64,000 nucleotides of DNA from Gordius albopunctatus. Taxonomy: Eukaryota. The translations under genes were made by a program, and so were the position numbers. This document shows, one piece after another, positions 23,701 through 38,700 of this stretch (position 1 is its first letter; every line of letters begins with the position of its first letter). The stretch lies in NCBI GenBank assembly GCA_964276515.1, contig OZ193909.1, forward strand, positions 1,736,001 to 1,800,000, in the 5' to 3' direction. A model generated the notes under the pieces. The model saw only the letters and a list, made by a program, of their open reading frames with translations. It was not told the origin of the DNA and searched no databases.

Positions 23701-26700
23701 ATCGCATTGAATCCAAACTGGTGTGCCTCTCTAATTTAGACTTAGCCTTTAGGTCGACTAATCAAAGACAGGCCACCAAAGGTTTTCGATCTGTTTTCGC
23801 TGTTATTGTTTAGTCTACTAAGCGTAGATTTCGACTTTACAAAACCCCAGTTTTTACAACATTGATCGCAGTTTATTAATCTATCTAATATATAGAGTTG
23901 TTAAATTGCTAACTTTCTTCAACTCCAGCTACCATCTGCTCGAGTTTCTGCTCCGCCTTCGAGCATTTTTACATGCTACTGCTCCGCCTAGTGCACCAAA
24001 CAGCGAGCACATATTGTGCTACCGCGCATATTAAGCAACTCAGTGTGCGTGCTCGCGTCTGGAGTTTGAAGAAAGTTGTTAGCAATTTAACAACTCTACT
24101 AATATATGTGCATTTGTAAAAGTAGCATAGCCAATGATGAAAGGCAATGAAAGGCATCTGATCCCTATAAACCCAATTTTAAGTTAGAGTTAATTAAAAC
24201 AAAATCATATTTTGGGCACTTTCTAAATCAATCATCTAAAATTAGCCCATATTTCAAGTTTTATCTCAAATTCTAACCATTGAGGTCTAACTCGACGCGG
24301 GCTTGGAATAATTTGTCGATTCTGTGGGCCGAGCTTTCTTCAACTCCATCCACTTCCACCACCCGACAGCTAAATACTTCATTCAACTCCCGCAAAATGG
24401 CGCTCCTAATTTCGGGGGCCTCGTGCAATTTGTGCAAACACTTTGGATCCGCTTCCCAAACACGTCGTGCGTTCAAAGAAAAGGGGAAATTAAAAATTTT
24501 TTTGGGCACGGCGTTCGAAAGGTAAAGGTTCTCGGGTTGGCCACCTTGAAAATCGACTTTTTGAGATTCTAGAGGATCGAGATTCGGCGCTTGAGAGCTA
24601 TGACGGGGGAGATTCGTAAATTTAACTTGAGTCAAGGGTTCCACTTCGACCTAGTAAAAATTTAGTATATATTTAGTAAAAAATGGTTTAAAACGGGATT
24701 TTAAACCTTAAAATAAAACGACGGGAGCCATCGGCGTAGCCAGGGGCAGCTGACCGCCCCCCCCCCGCCTAATTCCGAAAATTTGTTAAAATTTATTGAA
24801 AATTATGGGGCTAAAATTTGGAAAAATGTTATTTTACCCCTTCCTAATTCCAATCTTTTTATGCAAAAGATGATTTGGTATGCATTAATGAGGAGAGGCA
24901 ATCATATATGTTACTTTTATATAAGTAGATAAGTTTTTGGCACTTCGGTACACGAGATGATCCGTTCCATTATCCTTGGCTATACCTAACCCCCTACCCT
25001 CATGTACGTAATTCAAATTGTATTCGCTGTACCAAGGACCTGCTTTGTGTATTAAAATCAACGATGAAAATAATACAAATAGGATGTAGAAGAAATCAAG
25101 ACAAATTTTGGGAGAATATGAGATATGTGATCAATTCAAGATTACTTAATGTTCACACTTTTCAATCCTACTTTAAATTTAAGCAGTCATCCGCTGTTGT
25201 GTCGTAAAAATAGCTGGGTTTTGTTAGATCGACCTTTGGTGGTTTTAGTCGACTAACAACATAAACAGGCTAAAGATTTTTCGGTCTGTTTTTCTAGTTT
25301 CGCCAACAGATCTAATATGTTTTTGGTCAAACCCTCAGAATATTAATGTTTAGTTGACTAAACGCAAAGGAGTTTTTAAAGCACTAGTCAACCGTATAAC
25401 TAGATACAACTATAGTAAAAGAGCCATAAAGTTCTAATCAGAACTTAATTAACAAAATACTAAATATAGGCACGATGCACAAAACTGATTGCCGCTTAGC
25501 CAATGTCGTAAAATAATAGAAGTTCTCACCCTAATGTAGTTATACCAAATTTTATGAGAATTTATTCGTATTTAATACATGGGCCTAGCTAGCATTGGAA
25601 TGTAGGGGGGGGGCATTAATGATAATGATTTAGGGAAGAACGAAATAATCATTTTTTTTGAAATTCAAGTCATAATTAATGAATTTCAACGAATTTTTGG
25701 ATTTAAAGGGAAGGGCGGCTGCCCCCTTCCCTGCCCCCCCCCCCGGCTATGCCCATACCTATATTTATGTAAAAACATAACCTGCTAGAGGAGATGCTAA
25801 GAGCGAAGTTAAACAAAATATTTGTCCGATCGAAATGGTAAATTTTTCAGAATCTTTAGGTCGTCGGCTGCAATCAGATCCATCGATGATCTCTCGAGGT
25901 TCTGACAAAACTTTCTGTACAGGATGCAAACTCAGCACGAACCCGCTGTGTAAGCTTAAATGATCGGTAAAACGACAAGCTGACTTATGCCCGGTATCGC
26001 AAGCCCCATGAAACAAGGCGCTTATTTCTACGAGAGTAGAACCCGGTTGATTGTGTTGCAGGGAAATGGCATCGGAGTTGTATGGGTAAGCAACGTCTAT
26101 TCTATCGTATCTAAATTGACAATTTTAATATTTTTAATCACATAAACCTGGGCATCGGCGGGAAGGGAAGCTGCCCCCTCGAAATTTAAAAAGTCATATT
26201 GATTAAAATTATGGCTAACATTTCCCAAAAAATTATCATTATTGTCCGCCCACATTAATTTCTATGCTGGCTACAACACCCATGAACCTGGCACTAACTT
26301 ATATCAAATAGCTCGACTTATAAAATCTTGGTTTAAATTACAAGTCTTAAATGTGATAATTGAGATTATCTGCAAAATTAAAAGGCATATTAATTAAGCT
26401 TTAAAGTTAAATTTTATGTTAAAAAGTAATTTTTAACGGGTTATCGCTGTTAGTTAAGCCGTCTTCTCACTAATCAATTGGCACGGGAAAAACATAGGGA
26501 ATAACATTTAAAATAGTTTGATTTTTGTAACTTAAACATAAGCTTTCCTAAGCTTAGATTCAAGCAGCCAAACCCCGAAAGTGCCCGACTATCGAACCCA
26601 AGCTGAAAAAAGGGTTAAGGATAGACGCGAAGAACAAAGATTATATATCAAAAATATATGGTATATACCTATTAACTCGATATAAAATATCTGCAGAAAC

Positions 26701-29700
26701 GGCGTCAAAAAGAGTTCCGGTGTCGTCGTGATACCTAATTGATAAAGTAGTAGAGGTACCCAAAGGGAAATGTGGCAAATGCCTTTCGCCACAAGCTAGC
26801 CTTTCTCTTGATACTACGGTTATGTAGGAAACTGGTTTTATCTAAACGAAATTAAGATGACAACAATTTATACGTTAAATCATTAAAATATAAAATGCAA
26901 GAAAATATATAAGAGGTTTAATAGGATTGAGGGTTCGCTCTTATATATTGCGTAGTGTTGTAAAAACTGCTGGATCTTTGGTTCACTAGGACTAACTGCC
27001 CACTGAGATTTGTTTTGCAAATTTGGACAGAAAAATAGACACGAATCCATCGTTGTTTTTTTATGTTTAGTCGAATAAAACCAAATATCGATCAGACAAA
27101 ATCAAACCGTGATTACAACACTACGCAATATAATATTTGCGAAAAAATTGTAAGATAACCTCCTTCCCATAGGTTTTGAAGTTGACCATTCAACGAATAT
27201 GGAAACGACATAAATATTAATTCACCTAAAGTCACTCAAACCCGAAACCTGATGGAAATTCACCTTTTTTCCTAAATAAAGTCTGTACAAGTGACGGTTT
27301 TCTATTATTTTATTTGATCGATTATATCCCAAATACGATGATAGGCGGCTATGTAATCTAACCTAATAACTACTCTCTTCTAAAAACTCTTGGACTTTTA
27401 AAATTAACTCGATATAATATGTGATAGGCACCCCAAAAATTCGTATAATCATGTAAAATATAGTTAAAATAAAGTGATATAGAGTGACAAAGCAAAGGTG
27501 TTTAGTCGAGCATTCAAAACGCACCCGCTTTTACAACACAATACTAGTGTAAACCTCTATTATAGTGTGAGCCGTGTGATTAGCGTTCGTGTGGGTATCC
27601 AGGCAATGGGCGGTCAAGAGGGCAGAGCTATAGTGCAGAGATCTTTTATGGGCCTTTAACGTTTTAATCGAGCCGCTACTCGGGTCGAATGTAACGTGTT
27701 GCGTGCTCAGAAATTGCTGAATCGATTGACCAACAGGCCGCCTCTCTTCTCTAACATCCAATTCCTCTTCTTCCGTAGAAACGGAATGGTCCGTCGTCAA
27801 CTGACGCAGAGTGTACACCACTTTGGCCCAACGCTTATCTAAAACCATTTTTGCGGTTTTAATTTATACGTTAGTGCCATCTAGCGGATATTACATATTA
27901 AAAGAGGGTTTTTTTTTATATTTTTGTGGCTTTGGGCCGCAACTAAAAACCTCTACAGGGCTTTTGCATTAAATTTTAGTATTAATAAATAAATTTTAAA
28001 GGTTCATAAGAAAATAAACAATATCTATACCTTTAAAACACCTAACATTTATACCTTGATGTTAGTATAAAAAAGAGGGAGTATAGAAAATTAGAGTCAT
28101 GAATAGGAGATTTAGCTAGTTCTTAAAGCACAGCAAATGATATAATTGGAGTTTATTAATTATACATTTTTTTGAGAGATAAAGTTAGTTTATTGATATA
28201 TATCTCTAAACATAATAATGATATTTAAAATAACATTACATGAGTAATATGTCATCATCTTCCCCTTTTAGAAGAGGCCAGGAATCCAAAAAAGATTTGA
28301 AATTAAATTTTGCGATTAAGATGGCAGCTATTGTGATTGTTTCAATAAAAATGCGGGGGAATGTTTGGAGGGAGGGGATCGCCGCCTGCCTATTTCTTTT
28401 AATAAAGCCAACGCCATTTTTCCATAGGATCCTGAACAGGAGGAAACTATTGCGATAAAAATACTAGAGTCCGAAAGGGCCTTATATTTTTGGAGCTTGC
28501 GTTCTTCAGCGAGGGCCATGAGGTCATAATTAAGATTAGAGGGGGAAAATACTTTAAAAGGAGACCATTTTCCCGCGGGACTAGCGAGGAACCGTCAAGA
28601 CGCATTCGACTTTCAAGGACAGGATCTGAAGGTTCTAGTATGGATGAAATTTGGGCCTTTCTAAGGGGGGCTGACTTGATAATAGAATTGATTTTAGATA
28701 TTTAGTCTGCAGTGTAAGGGGTGGCCTGCTTCTTCATCCACTGGCAGATTGCAATTTTTACAGGCATATGCCTTGGTGTATTCTATTCCAAGACGTAGTG
28801 CTATATTGTAGGATAGCTCGCAATCCTGTAACATCATATCGGAGAAGTTGCTAGGATGCGCCTCTAGCCAATCATCTCCAGAAATATCGTATGATGCAAA
28901 GGGGCGACGGGCTGTCGACAAGCTCATTCGTGACATAAAGTAAAAAGGAAAACGCTTAAAGTCTCTATTTATACCCTCTAGAATCCTTTTTCCCATTAGA
29001 GGTCGTTATACTAATTTTTCATTACTCTTCAATTTATGAGCTCGCTATCCGACTTGTAATTTGTCAATAATTGCCGTGTTAGCTTATACACGTTTTTAAC
29101 GTCTGTGGACTTATGTTTTTATAAAAGACTTTTATTTCGATTTCGCAGATAGACTAGCTAATGACCGCCACCCCAGCCCAAACTTTATTTTTACTTTTGG
29201 ACAGGAATCTTAACAATTAAAAGTGCTCAATCTTGGTATATTTTACTTGTTAAAAAACCGAAGCTATTGGTAGAGAGAGTGTGAGCTGTTTCGAGTCGAA
29301 TAGAAGTTAGAAAATTTAATTGCCATACAATTTAAGGGCTCGCCTTTGGTTGTCCTGTCTGTCCGTCTTGTACTGTCCAACTCTTTATTTTCTTATATAT
29401 GCCATTTATTTTTTAATGTTACCGGTGTGAACAAAGGAAAAAAGAATCTTTAGCTCCAAGCATAGATAATAAATTAATTTAATTTCAACATGCAAATAAA
29501 CATTTATAACAAAAAATGCCCGATTTTAAAGCCAACGAAAAGCATTTCAGGATAAAAGTGATTAGGTGTTATACTGATAAAATCTAAAACTTCATATAAT
29601 ACCTACTTGTAATTATCTCCACATTTATAAATGGATATGAAACTGTGCAACCTTAATGTACTAGCAAACTTCTTATATTATAGGCACAGACTACATAGAC

Positions 29701-32700
29701 TGCCATGTCATTTACTTAATATGCTTAAATGGATCCCCTTAAATACACCATTTTAAATTTGGCAATCTCCTTTATGTTCAAGCAAAAAAAAAGTTAATTT
29801 ACCCTCGTCATTGAGTAATCAATAAAAACAAATCTTAATAATGATTTTATTTAATAAAATGAAGATGGCACTGTAGTGACTACACTACTTGAACATCACA
29901 TCAACACAGTATTTTTATTTTTGTGAATTGTGTAAATGATAGATAGATATTCTAAAATACTATTTTCAATGTTTAAACAAGTTCAATATTCTTGTCATTT
30001 CGTCTTTAAAAACACTTTAAATAACCCAAATCTATCTATATAGCCTTCCCTTAATTGAGCTCATTTCAAAATGGCGCAAAAGTGGTGCACTTATATAACG
30101 TTTATGAGCAGTCTATCTACTTTATGATTATACGTATAACAATTAGAGTTGTTAAATTGCTAACTTTCTTCAACTCCAGCTACCACCTGCTCGAGTTTCT
30201 GCTCGGCCCCCGAGCATTTTTATATGCTACTGCTCTGCCTAGTGTACCAAAAGCGAGCACATATTGTGCTAACGCGCATATTAAGCAACTCAGTGGACGA
30301 GCTCGCGTCTGGCGTTTGAAGAAAGTTGTTAGCAATTTAACAACTCTAATAACAATAATACCGGGGAAAAAATAATAATAAAATTAAGGAAAACTTACTT
30401 TTGTTGAGCGTCACAATTTTAGCTTCGGAATTTGGTGACATTAATATGGTGGGAGATGATTTTGAATTCCCACCAAAACTTTCTTCCCTAATCTCACCAG
30501 GGTTGTGATCAGAAAAGAGGAAAAGGTTCAAATTGCCAGTTTCGACAGATGGAAACATTCGAAATGGTTCAATAATCTATACAAAAAATATAGAAAAATT
30601 TATAAAAATAGGGGTAAAAAATTTAATTAAATAATTTTTGTTCACGTTTCTCAATCTGATTTTACTAAACTAATCTTGCTTGTGTTTAATTCATTTAAGT
30701 TATACATATTTCCATGTCTTGCTTATGAAACTAGTTTTAAATATATGGTAAATAATCAAGCGGTGAATATTGTAAACTTTTTTTTAACATTAATAGAGGT
30801 TTATTTGCCCATAATTGTGTATGTTACATGCATGAAAAGTTTTTTTAAAGTTTACTTCGATAGATATGCTTTCTTTAAATTGCGAACGAGTTTCGTTTGC
30901 CCCCTCGCCAACTCGTAATTTATGTTTAGGAATCAAACTACTCAGATGGAAAGCGGTATCAGACTTTCTATGAGGACTACTTTTATCGCGACAATGCGGC
31001 GATAAAATTTTAGTTACACGTACGCTTAGCTTAACGTGGCCCGGCTTCAATGCTTTGAATGTTCGTCTGAAATCGTCTAAAAGTAGTGTTTCAATAAAAC
31101 TAGTTTATAGCTCACAAATAAAAATGTAACTTCAATTTCATAATATAATGAAGAATGTTTGAGTTTAAAGAAAAAATGGCTGCCCTGGCTACAACCTGTC
31201 TATACATAAATGTATACCTTAAAACAATGAAAAATCTCCTTTTATCAAATCTACAAGTACATTAGTAAAAACAATATAGTAGATTGAGTAAATATGAATT
31301 ATACGACAAGTATATCAAAACAGTGTTGTAAAAACGGGTGAGCTTTGAGTCCAAAATTGTTTTAAAACAAAGCTAATAAGGCAAAAGTTTGTAGACTCAA
31401 CAATTTCCCCTATGCGACAACGTATTCCAAAAGTAACCCGCAAAAGCGCTATTACGATATACATGGGTGTAGCATTGGAATTAGAGGGGGGGAGGTAAAT
31501 AATGATTAGAGAGGGCCAAAATTATCATTTCTTAAAATGTTAGCCCCATAATTATAATGGTTTTAAATAAATTTTTGAATTTAGAGGGGGAGGGGCAGCC
31601 CTAGCTACGCCCATGACGATATAATCATAAACAACTACTATTAACAAATAAAGAATCGATCTAACTACTTTGTTGGCCGTATTGAACGTTGCTACTTTTG
31701 TCGAAGGGTGAATACAGGGAGGCGTGATGAGACTCTTCCGCATCCCATTCCACTGTAAAGCCTGGGATCGTGTTGGCGAAAGAGAAAAAGGAGCTAGCTT
31801 CCCCACCACCGTGCACCATTATGGGCATCTACATTTTTCGAGAAATAATTACAAACTAGGCATTATTTCAGGGGTGTAGCCAGCCCCTCTAAATTTATAT
31901 ATTCCTTCCCTAATTCTATAGTGTCCCTCTCTATTCCAAATGCTGGCTACGCCCAGGCATTGTCGTATAATTTGGTGAACAATTTATCGAGCAAACGTGA
32001 CGAAAATGTGATTGATCAAAAACGAGTATATCTTATATATAAAAATGAAACTATGTATGTATGTATGTATGTCGCCACCAATTTTGGGAAACTACTGCAC
32101 CGATTTGGCTCAAAATTTCACAGTTTATTCCTGACACTGCGGAGCATATTTTAAGATTTGTTCGAGCCAAATCGGTCCAATAGTTTTTGAGTTAGTTCGT
32201 TTTATATGTTTTGACGTTTAATAGAATGTCAATCAAACGCAACCTCATCGCGTTCTTTGACAATTTGAATATAGAGTCGATTATTTTCGCAAGCGACAAA
32301 AAGTGAACAAAATAAGGTACAACTCATTTTTTACTTTTCGCGCGTACTTTTTTTACTATGGGTTAAGTGTTTTTAAAATAAAAAGTAGAGTTGTAGAAAT
32401 GAAAATTTTTTAAAAAGATTATGATTGAGAAAACAATTCCCTTCCCTCTTAACAAAATGCCCACTTTCTAGAAAGATTGATAACAGAATCAATTGCAGAG
32501 CAATTAATAGATTTTTAATGTATTTTGTAGTTTCAAAGATGGAGTCTTAATATTATTGCATGTTTAATTGTTTAGTTCTACTTATAATTATTTTAGATTA
32601 TGGTCACACCCTTGAAATTGTATTTTTTTGTTTAAAGAAGTTTTAAGGTTAATATAGAATTAATAGAGTTTCAGTGAGATTTAGATCGGTTATTTTGGAT

Positions 32701-35700
32701 AACTCTTTAGAAGGTTTAAACCCTTTATCTCCCCTTTTTTGTGATAAATCTCTCTTATCACAAGTAATTAACCATCATGAATTAAAACAGCACAGAAGTA
32801 GAACATATAGACGACATCAAACTTTATTTTTACTTTGCAATAACCGCTTTATCATCATATATGATGCCCTAAAATTCCAACATGATTTAATACACCCCCC
32901 GGGTAAATGGCAAAACAACGTTTGCCGGCTGGTTCATCTAGTATAGCATAGAATCGAAATGCTTTTTAATACACCAATATAAAAATTCGTGTGCTCTTTA
33001 GATTTTGGCCTTTGGGCGAACGGGGTAAGAAAAACTAGATGTGTGCGACGGTCAGCATTAATTTGCACGCAATTATTTACCCAGTTCCGCATTAATTCGA
33101 TTAAAAGCAACAATTTAGACAAGTTATCCCAAAAATAGTATATAAAGGTAAAAGTTAGTGGGCAACTCAAAATCAACGATGAAATTGGAGCTGGAGCCCG
33201 GTGCAAAAAATGAAAGCCAACTAGGGGTCATCATTAGGTAGTCGTCTATTTGCGAAAGCAAAGTAAACGTCTTTTACAAAAGCATAAGAGTAGACAGCCT
33301 TTAAAAAGGGTTATAAGTGTTTGCACAGCATTGAAAAATTACGAGTTAATCGCATAGCAGCAATTATGATTGTTAATATACTTATAATATATCCGACTCG
33401 GAATAAATAGTTTTGGAGAGCGACGCGGGATAATTTTAAAAAGTCATATCAATAAAGAACCGCTCACATTATGAAATGTAAAGAGAAGTAAGCATGAAAT
33501 TGTTATTAAAGCATATTAAACAAGTATATTTTAATATAAAAAAGGGCTGGAGGCCGGGCAAACCTAAAGTACCCAAGCTTTAAGATATTCCTCGTAGAAG
33601 AGTTAAGAGACAATCGTATGGTAAGGAATTGGGAGAGAAAATGAGTAAATCCCAATGAAGGACCCTCTAAAAATTCACAATAAAAATGTCCCTAGCAAGT
33701 GTGGCAAAACAAAAAAATCCGACAAACATTTCATGAGATTCGAGGAAGACGTTGTTATCCTTGAACTAACCTCATTTCCGACGTATATCCTTTTCAGAGG
33801 AGCATACAAATGGATACTCTTCAGTTCGACCACTTTAACGATGCACGAAGCCTGTTATAATATAATTAAAATCACAAAAAATGCACGTTTACGCAAAACA
33901 CTTATGCTAGATTAAAAAACACTTAAAATTCACTTTTTTCAACCCAAACCCCTCCCACACGACAACCCTAATCCGTCCGGTCACCCGCGCAGGTATCTAT
34001 GCTAGATTGCCTCGATCTTTAAGAAATTTCGGATGATATACAAAGTCCCGGGTGAGGTTTGATTGGGTTTGGGGGAAAAAAACTGATTTAGCAGGTGTTG
34101 GATGGCAAGAAGCATAGACTAATAATACAATAGACTGTGGAATAAATAATTTTTGCAGTGTGCGCCCTCGTGCAGAGATAAATTGCAAAGGTCATTTATA
34201 TTTGTAGTTTCTCTGGAAAAAGCGTTGCTTGTTTAAAATGCCTAGCGGCAAAGTGTTTCAACATTTTACGAGAATTTTTCGCGATTTATCCGTAAATCAA
34301 ATTTTTTGAATTTGCAAGTTATTGACGTTTGAAAACAAAGGCCAAAATCGCTGTTTTTAGCAATCTTTCACGGTAAATATTTCAAAAACTTGACGTATGG
34401 GGAAAATAAATAAAAATATATTCGTGTTCACTGTAAAAAAACTGTACCACAATGTACAAACAACTTTCCGGTCGATTTTAAAAGTCCATTATCCTGTCTA
34501 TTAGTAGTAATTTAATAGTGCAAAAAGAGATATAAATTCCCAGAAACTCAAAAGTCTCATAACTTCTGAAAGAACGTTTCAGTGTAAAGGTTTACCCGGC
34601 ACTTGTAATGAGATTCTAAGGAATCCTCATTTTCTGGAAGACTATTGTAGCCAACGTAATGGACGGTTAAAATAATTTCTCCGACAGAGAGGGCAGTGAT
34701 CAAGCCATCCTGGGTTGCATTTGCTATATCATAGTCAGATGATTCATACCTAACGGAAGAATGAAAGGGTGGTCCACCTTCTATTTTAACCTAGCCAAAT
34801 CATAGATAAAAATATATTTTATAGACTGACATGGGTGTAGCCAGGGGGCGGGGGGGGGGTCGGCTACCCTCCTCTAGATCCAAGAATTTGTTGAAATTAT
34901 GCGGCTAAAATTTCAAAAAATGTTCATTTTGCCCCTCTCTAAATCATTATTGCACCCCCCTGATTCCAGTGCTGTCTACAGCCCTCATGTAGTCTGACTA
35001 AGAAAAAGAGAGATCCAAAAACCTTTGGTCTCTCTTTATGTTTAGACTGCTAAAGCCAAAACCCTTTTACAGCACTTATATCATCTACTTCACAACAGAA
35101 TTTGGAATTGTTTTTCGTCTTTTTGCATACGTATATATTTTACGTTTTGTTTATAAATACAAAATTCATCAAAATGATAATGTGAGATCATGTGATGTTA
35201 AAGCAATTTAGTGTCATCTGCATTCATTAAATAATCATTTATTAACATTCTTTTTTATTTGATAACTAATGAGCAAGGTAAATTCGCACTTTTTCCGTTT
35301 CAACAATGGGGTACAGAGCAGAAAGAAGACATTTGTCAAATTAAAAATGGTGCCCGATTTAATGGTACACACATTTTACCATATGAAACATATGACATGA
35401 GTAGTCTACGTGTACAATCCTAAGTTACAAATCAACTTAAATACGAAGGTTTAGCATATAAACCAAGAATCACTACTAAAAATAAACAAAAAACTACCAG
35501 CACGTATATATTAAATAAAATTCATAAAAAATATATAAATTTTGGATTAAAATCTAACTTGTAGAGAAGCACCAGGGATCAGAGTAAAATTATGTGGGGT
35601 AATGGTTAGAGCTGGAAAAACGTTAATTTCAACGCTATCGCTATATATGACATCGGGGCTGTTGGAATCTTTGAGATTGAGAACGAATTTCAAGGCAGAT

Positions 35701-38700
35701 TTTCCGACCTTAGCCCCGCCTATAGCGAATTGCAAAGCCGTTTGATTGAGACTTTTGTGCCAGAGCGCGTGAGTTTCACGACCTAAATCGCCTTCCAAAC
35801 CGGAATAACTGGGTGCAGTTAGAGATCTAAAATTTTTAAAAAAAATAAGAAATCTTGAGGTTTACAATGTTTTTATTCAGGAATTAATAATTAAGAATTT
35901 TTCGTTTTTTATTTTTGTTTTCCTAGTTTTTACTCCGTTTAATATTGTATTTTTGTTTACGCAAAAGGCTGCTTTTCCTAAATTTTTTAATGTTTTTTAA
36001 TTTTAGTGTGACTTTTGGTTATTTATTTGTGTTTCCGTGGTTTTTTCTCCTCGAAATACGGTAGTGTATGTAATTTTGTTCAGAATCTTGCACATTTTAT
36101 GACCACAAAGTGATATTATAAAATTTTGTCAAATTTTTAAAAAGGTGCCAATTTTAAACTTTTATATATTATTCTCGGTATTTTATTCAATTTCATCGAC
36201 TTTGATAAATCATTTTTAAATATATTTTTTTATTCTAATTAAGCTTTTAATCAATAAATTATAAAGTCATTTTTCATTTGTACCTCAGAGCTAATTACCG
36301 CAGAATTTCAAGCTTAATATTTCTCAATTTATTTTCCTAGTGTAACAATATTAATTTTAAAGAAGCAGACGATTTGGTTAACATAATCAAATATCCAAAC
36401 AATCGTTGAATTTTTGTTAGAAATACACAGATGGCATCGAAATGTGAGATAAAAAAGAACAAAGTAATATAAAAATTATTTTTATATTACTTTTTTAGGC
36501 TATTCTTAGAGATGGGATTGGAAATTAAAAAAAAGTTTGAGGTAAAATAATTATTTTCTTTATCTAAATTTTCTAGATCTTTAGAAATAATTGTTAAAGA
36601 ACTGAAACTATATCTTTTTTCTATTGGAGAATAAAACCTTAAATTGGGACTTATTTATTATATTGTAAAAAACAGTTCTAGTCGTTAAGCAAAAAGGATT
36701 ACAAAAATTTGACAAACATTATTATTTTCATTAATATTGTTATAGTTTATTTCATTCGCCTGATACAATGCCTGAATGAGAACCATTATTATTCTGGATT
36801 GCCATTGAAAACTCTAGGATACTTGATAATATTTGATCATTTATTCAAAGAAATTCTGTGAAAATATGTACTTTGGAATTCTTAGAGTAAATTAAATTTA
36901 ACTTTATATATACGATATAACCCCCCGATATTTTAAAAGGGTAGATGGGTTAGGTCGCGTTGTGGAAACCTTTAGCAGCTTCTTTAAATCTAAAACTAGG
37001 CATTTAAGTAGAAAATCATATCTGATGCCATTTTTGAAAGCATTGTCTCGAATTGTCTGACTTTTATACCTTTAATCACAATATTTGTACCATAAATTAA
37101 ACCTGGCTCAATTCTTTGAGCGATGGAAACTATAGCAGGCTAATAGTTTTTACAAAACGAATGTTATTTAATTTCCAAGCTAAAAACCTCTTAAAATTTT
37201 GCTTGCTATAAACACGTAGACAAAATAGTTTCCCAAAACTCTGAATAGATTTTAAATTTATTATTAATTATGATCCCCACATTCGTATGATCTTATATAA
37301 TGTGTGTACTCTAGAAATATTACTTGACTGTTATTATATCATCATTCTCCACGACAGGGTTCATACTGAGAGGCGGGAGGTATTTGTAATTGGATTCTTC
37401 CCCTTCACCATCCAATACGTGAATCCGAGCTACAACTTCTTCCCCAAATTCAACCTACAGCAGCCAACAAAGTAAACATTTTATTTAAGCGTACAATTAT
37501 ATTGCAACAAAAATCGCTTGATTTGTAAACTGTAAATAAAGTTAAGAAGATGAGATTTAATTATACAGGAATACTGCAATTAGGATAAAATAATGATTAA
37601 TTATGAATTTGTCCATTTTCCCATCGAAACGTATAAAATTTTGGAAAAAGGTAGTATAAAGTTTCCACAACCACGGAAAACTCCTTCAAAACGATGCTTT
37701 GGCAAAGTTAATAAATCATATACAGACCTACAAATTACTCTTTTTGTTCCACGACGACTTTTAGTCAAGTAACCCGGTGTTCAGTTCTATCACCTAGTGT
37801 TGTAAATACGGCTGGCTGGGTTCTGTTTGGTCGACCACCTTTCACTTTAGTCGACTAAACATAAACGGTGTCCAAAGGTTTTTAGCCTGTTTTTCCTAGT
37901 GGCATTATGTTAAGTGGCCTAAAAGAAGTAAGGATAGACACAACAAAACACGGCCCACCCCACCCCCCCTCAGTCGTTGTTACAACACAAACTACGGGCA
38001 TAATAACAAAAGGTGGAAAATTAGGAAATAAAAACACCAGTACTACATATATGATAAAGAAGACGACTTGGATAACGCGAACCTCATTCTGCGAAGAAAT
38101 TTTGAGCCTGTCGATGGCCGTAACTTTAATTGTAGTGGAAGCGTGAGGGCTGAGAGGGTTAGTGGGGGCAAAGCAGACATCGTAAATAGCTAGGGTAGTA
38201 GCTCCGACTCGGAGTGGAGTTACTACGAGGTTGTGAGGATCCATTTGAGAATAGTGGATTTGGACGAGGCATGAGGTTGGGGGGGGAGGAGGAGGAGGAG
38301 TCGATTGTAAATCTTGAAGGGCTGTCGTGCAAACCCTTTCGTTCGTTGAGGCGTAATAATACCCCGAGCCTTGTATGATTTGGACACTGGCCTAAGACAC
38401 GAAAAGATGCAAAATATTAGGAGTTTTTAATTTGTAAAAAGTTTATTTTTACACGCAAAATAATATTTATTTTCAGCCCCCAAAATTATTATTTTTTGTA
38501 TAGCTAAAGCTGAGATACCATAAATGCCAAAAAGTGCAGGGATAAAGATAAAAATAGATTTTGGGATTTGTCCGGAGTCTAGAAGTAAGCTACGGTCGTC
38601 ATTTATTTGCAGTGAATAATTTAGCCAGTTTCGCAATTATCCGATATATAGCAATAACCTCGACATGTTGCCCAAAGAAATTTATGTATAAAGCTAATTT

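Noticed and set aside
23320..23720. TGF-beta-like cystine knot (PSGY, CCP, ENMV words)
   Set aside because: Lacks the CxGxC and terminal CxC motifs, and the spacing is wrong.
32834..32937. Extra Nup210 exon (MNQPANVVLPFTRG...)
   Set aside because: The frames hit stops, and exons 33771-33851 and 31669-31828 already join in phase and match gp210.
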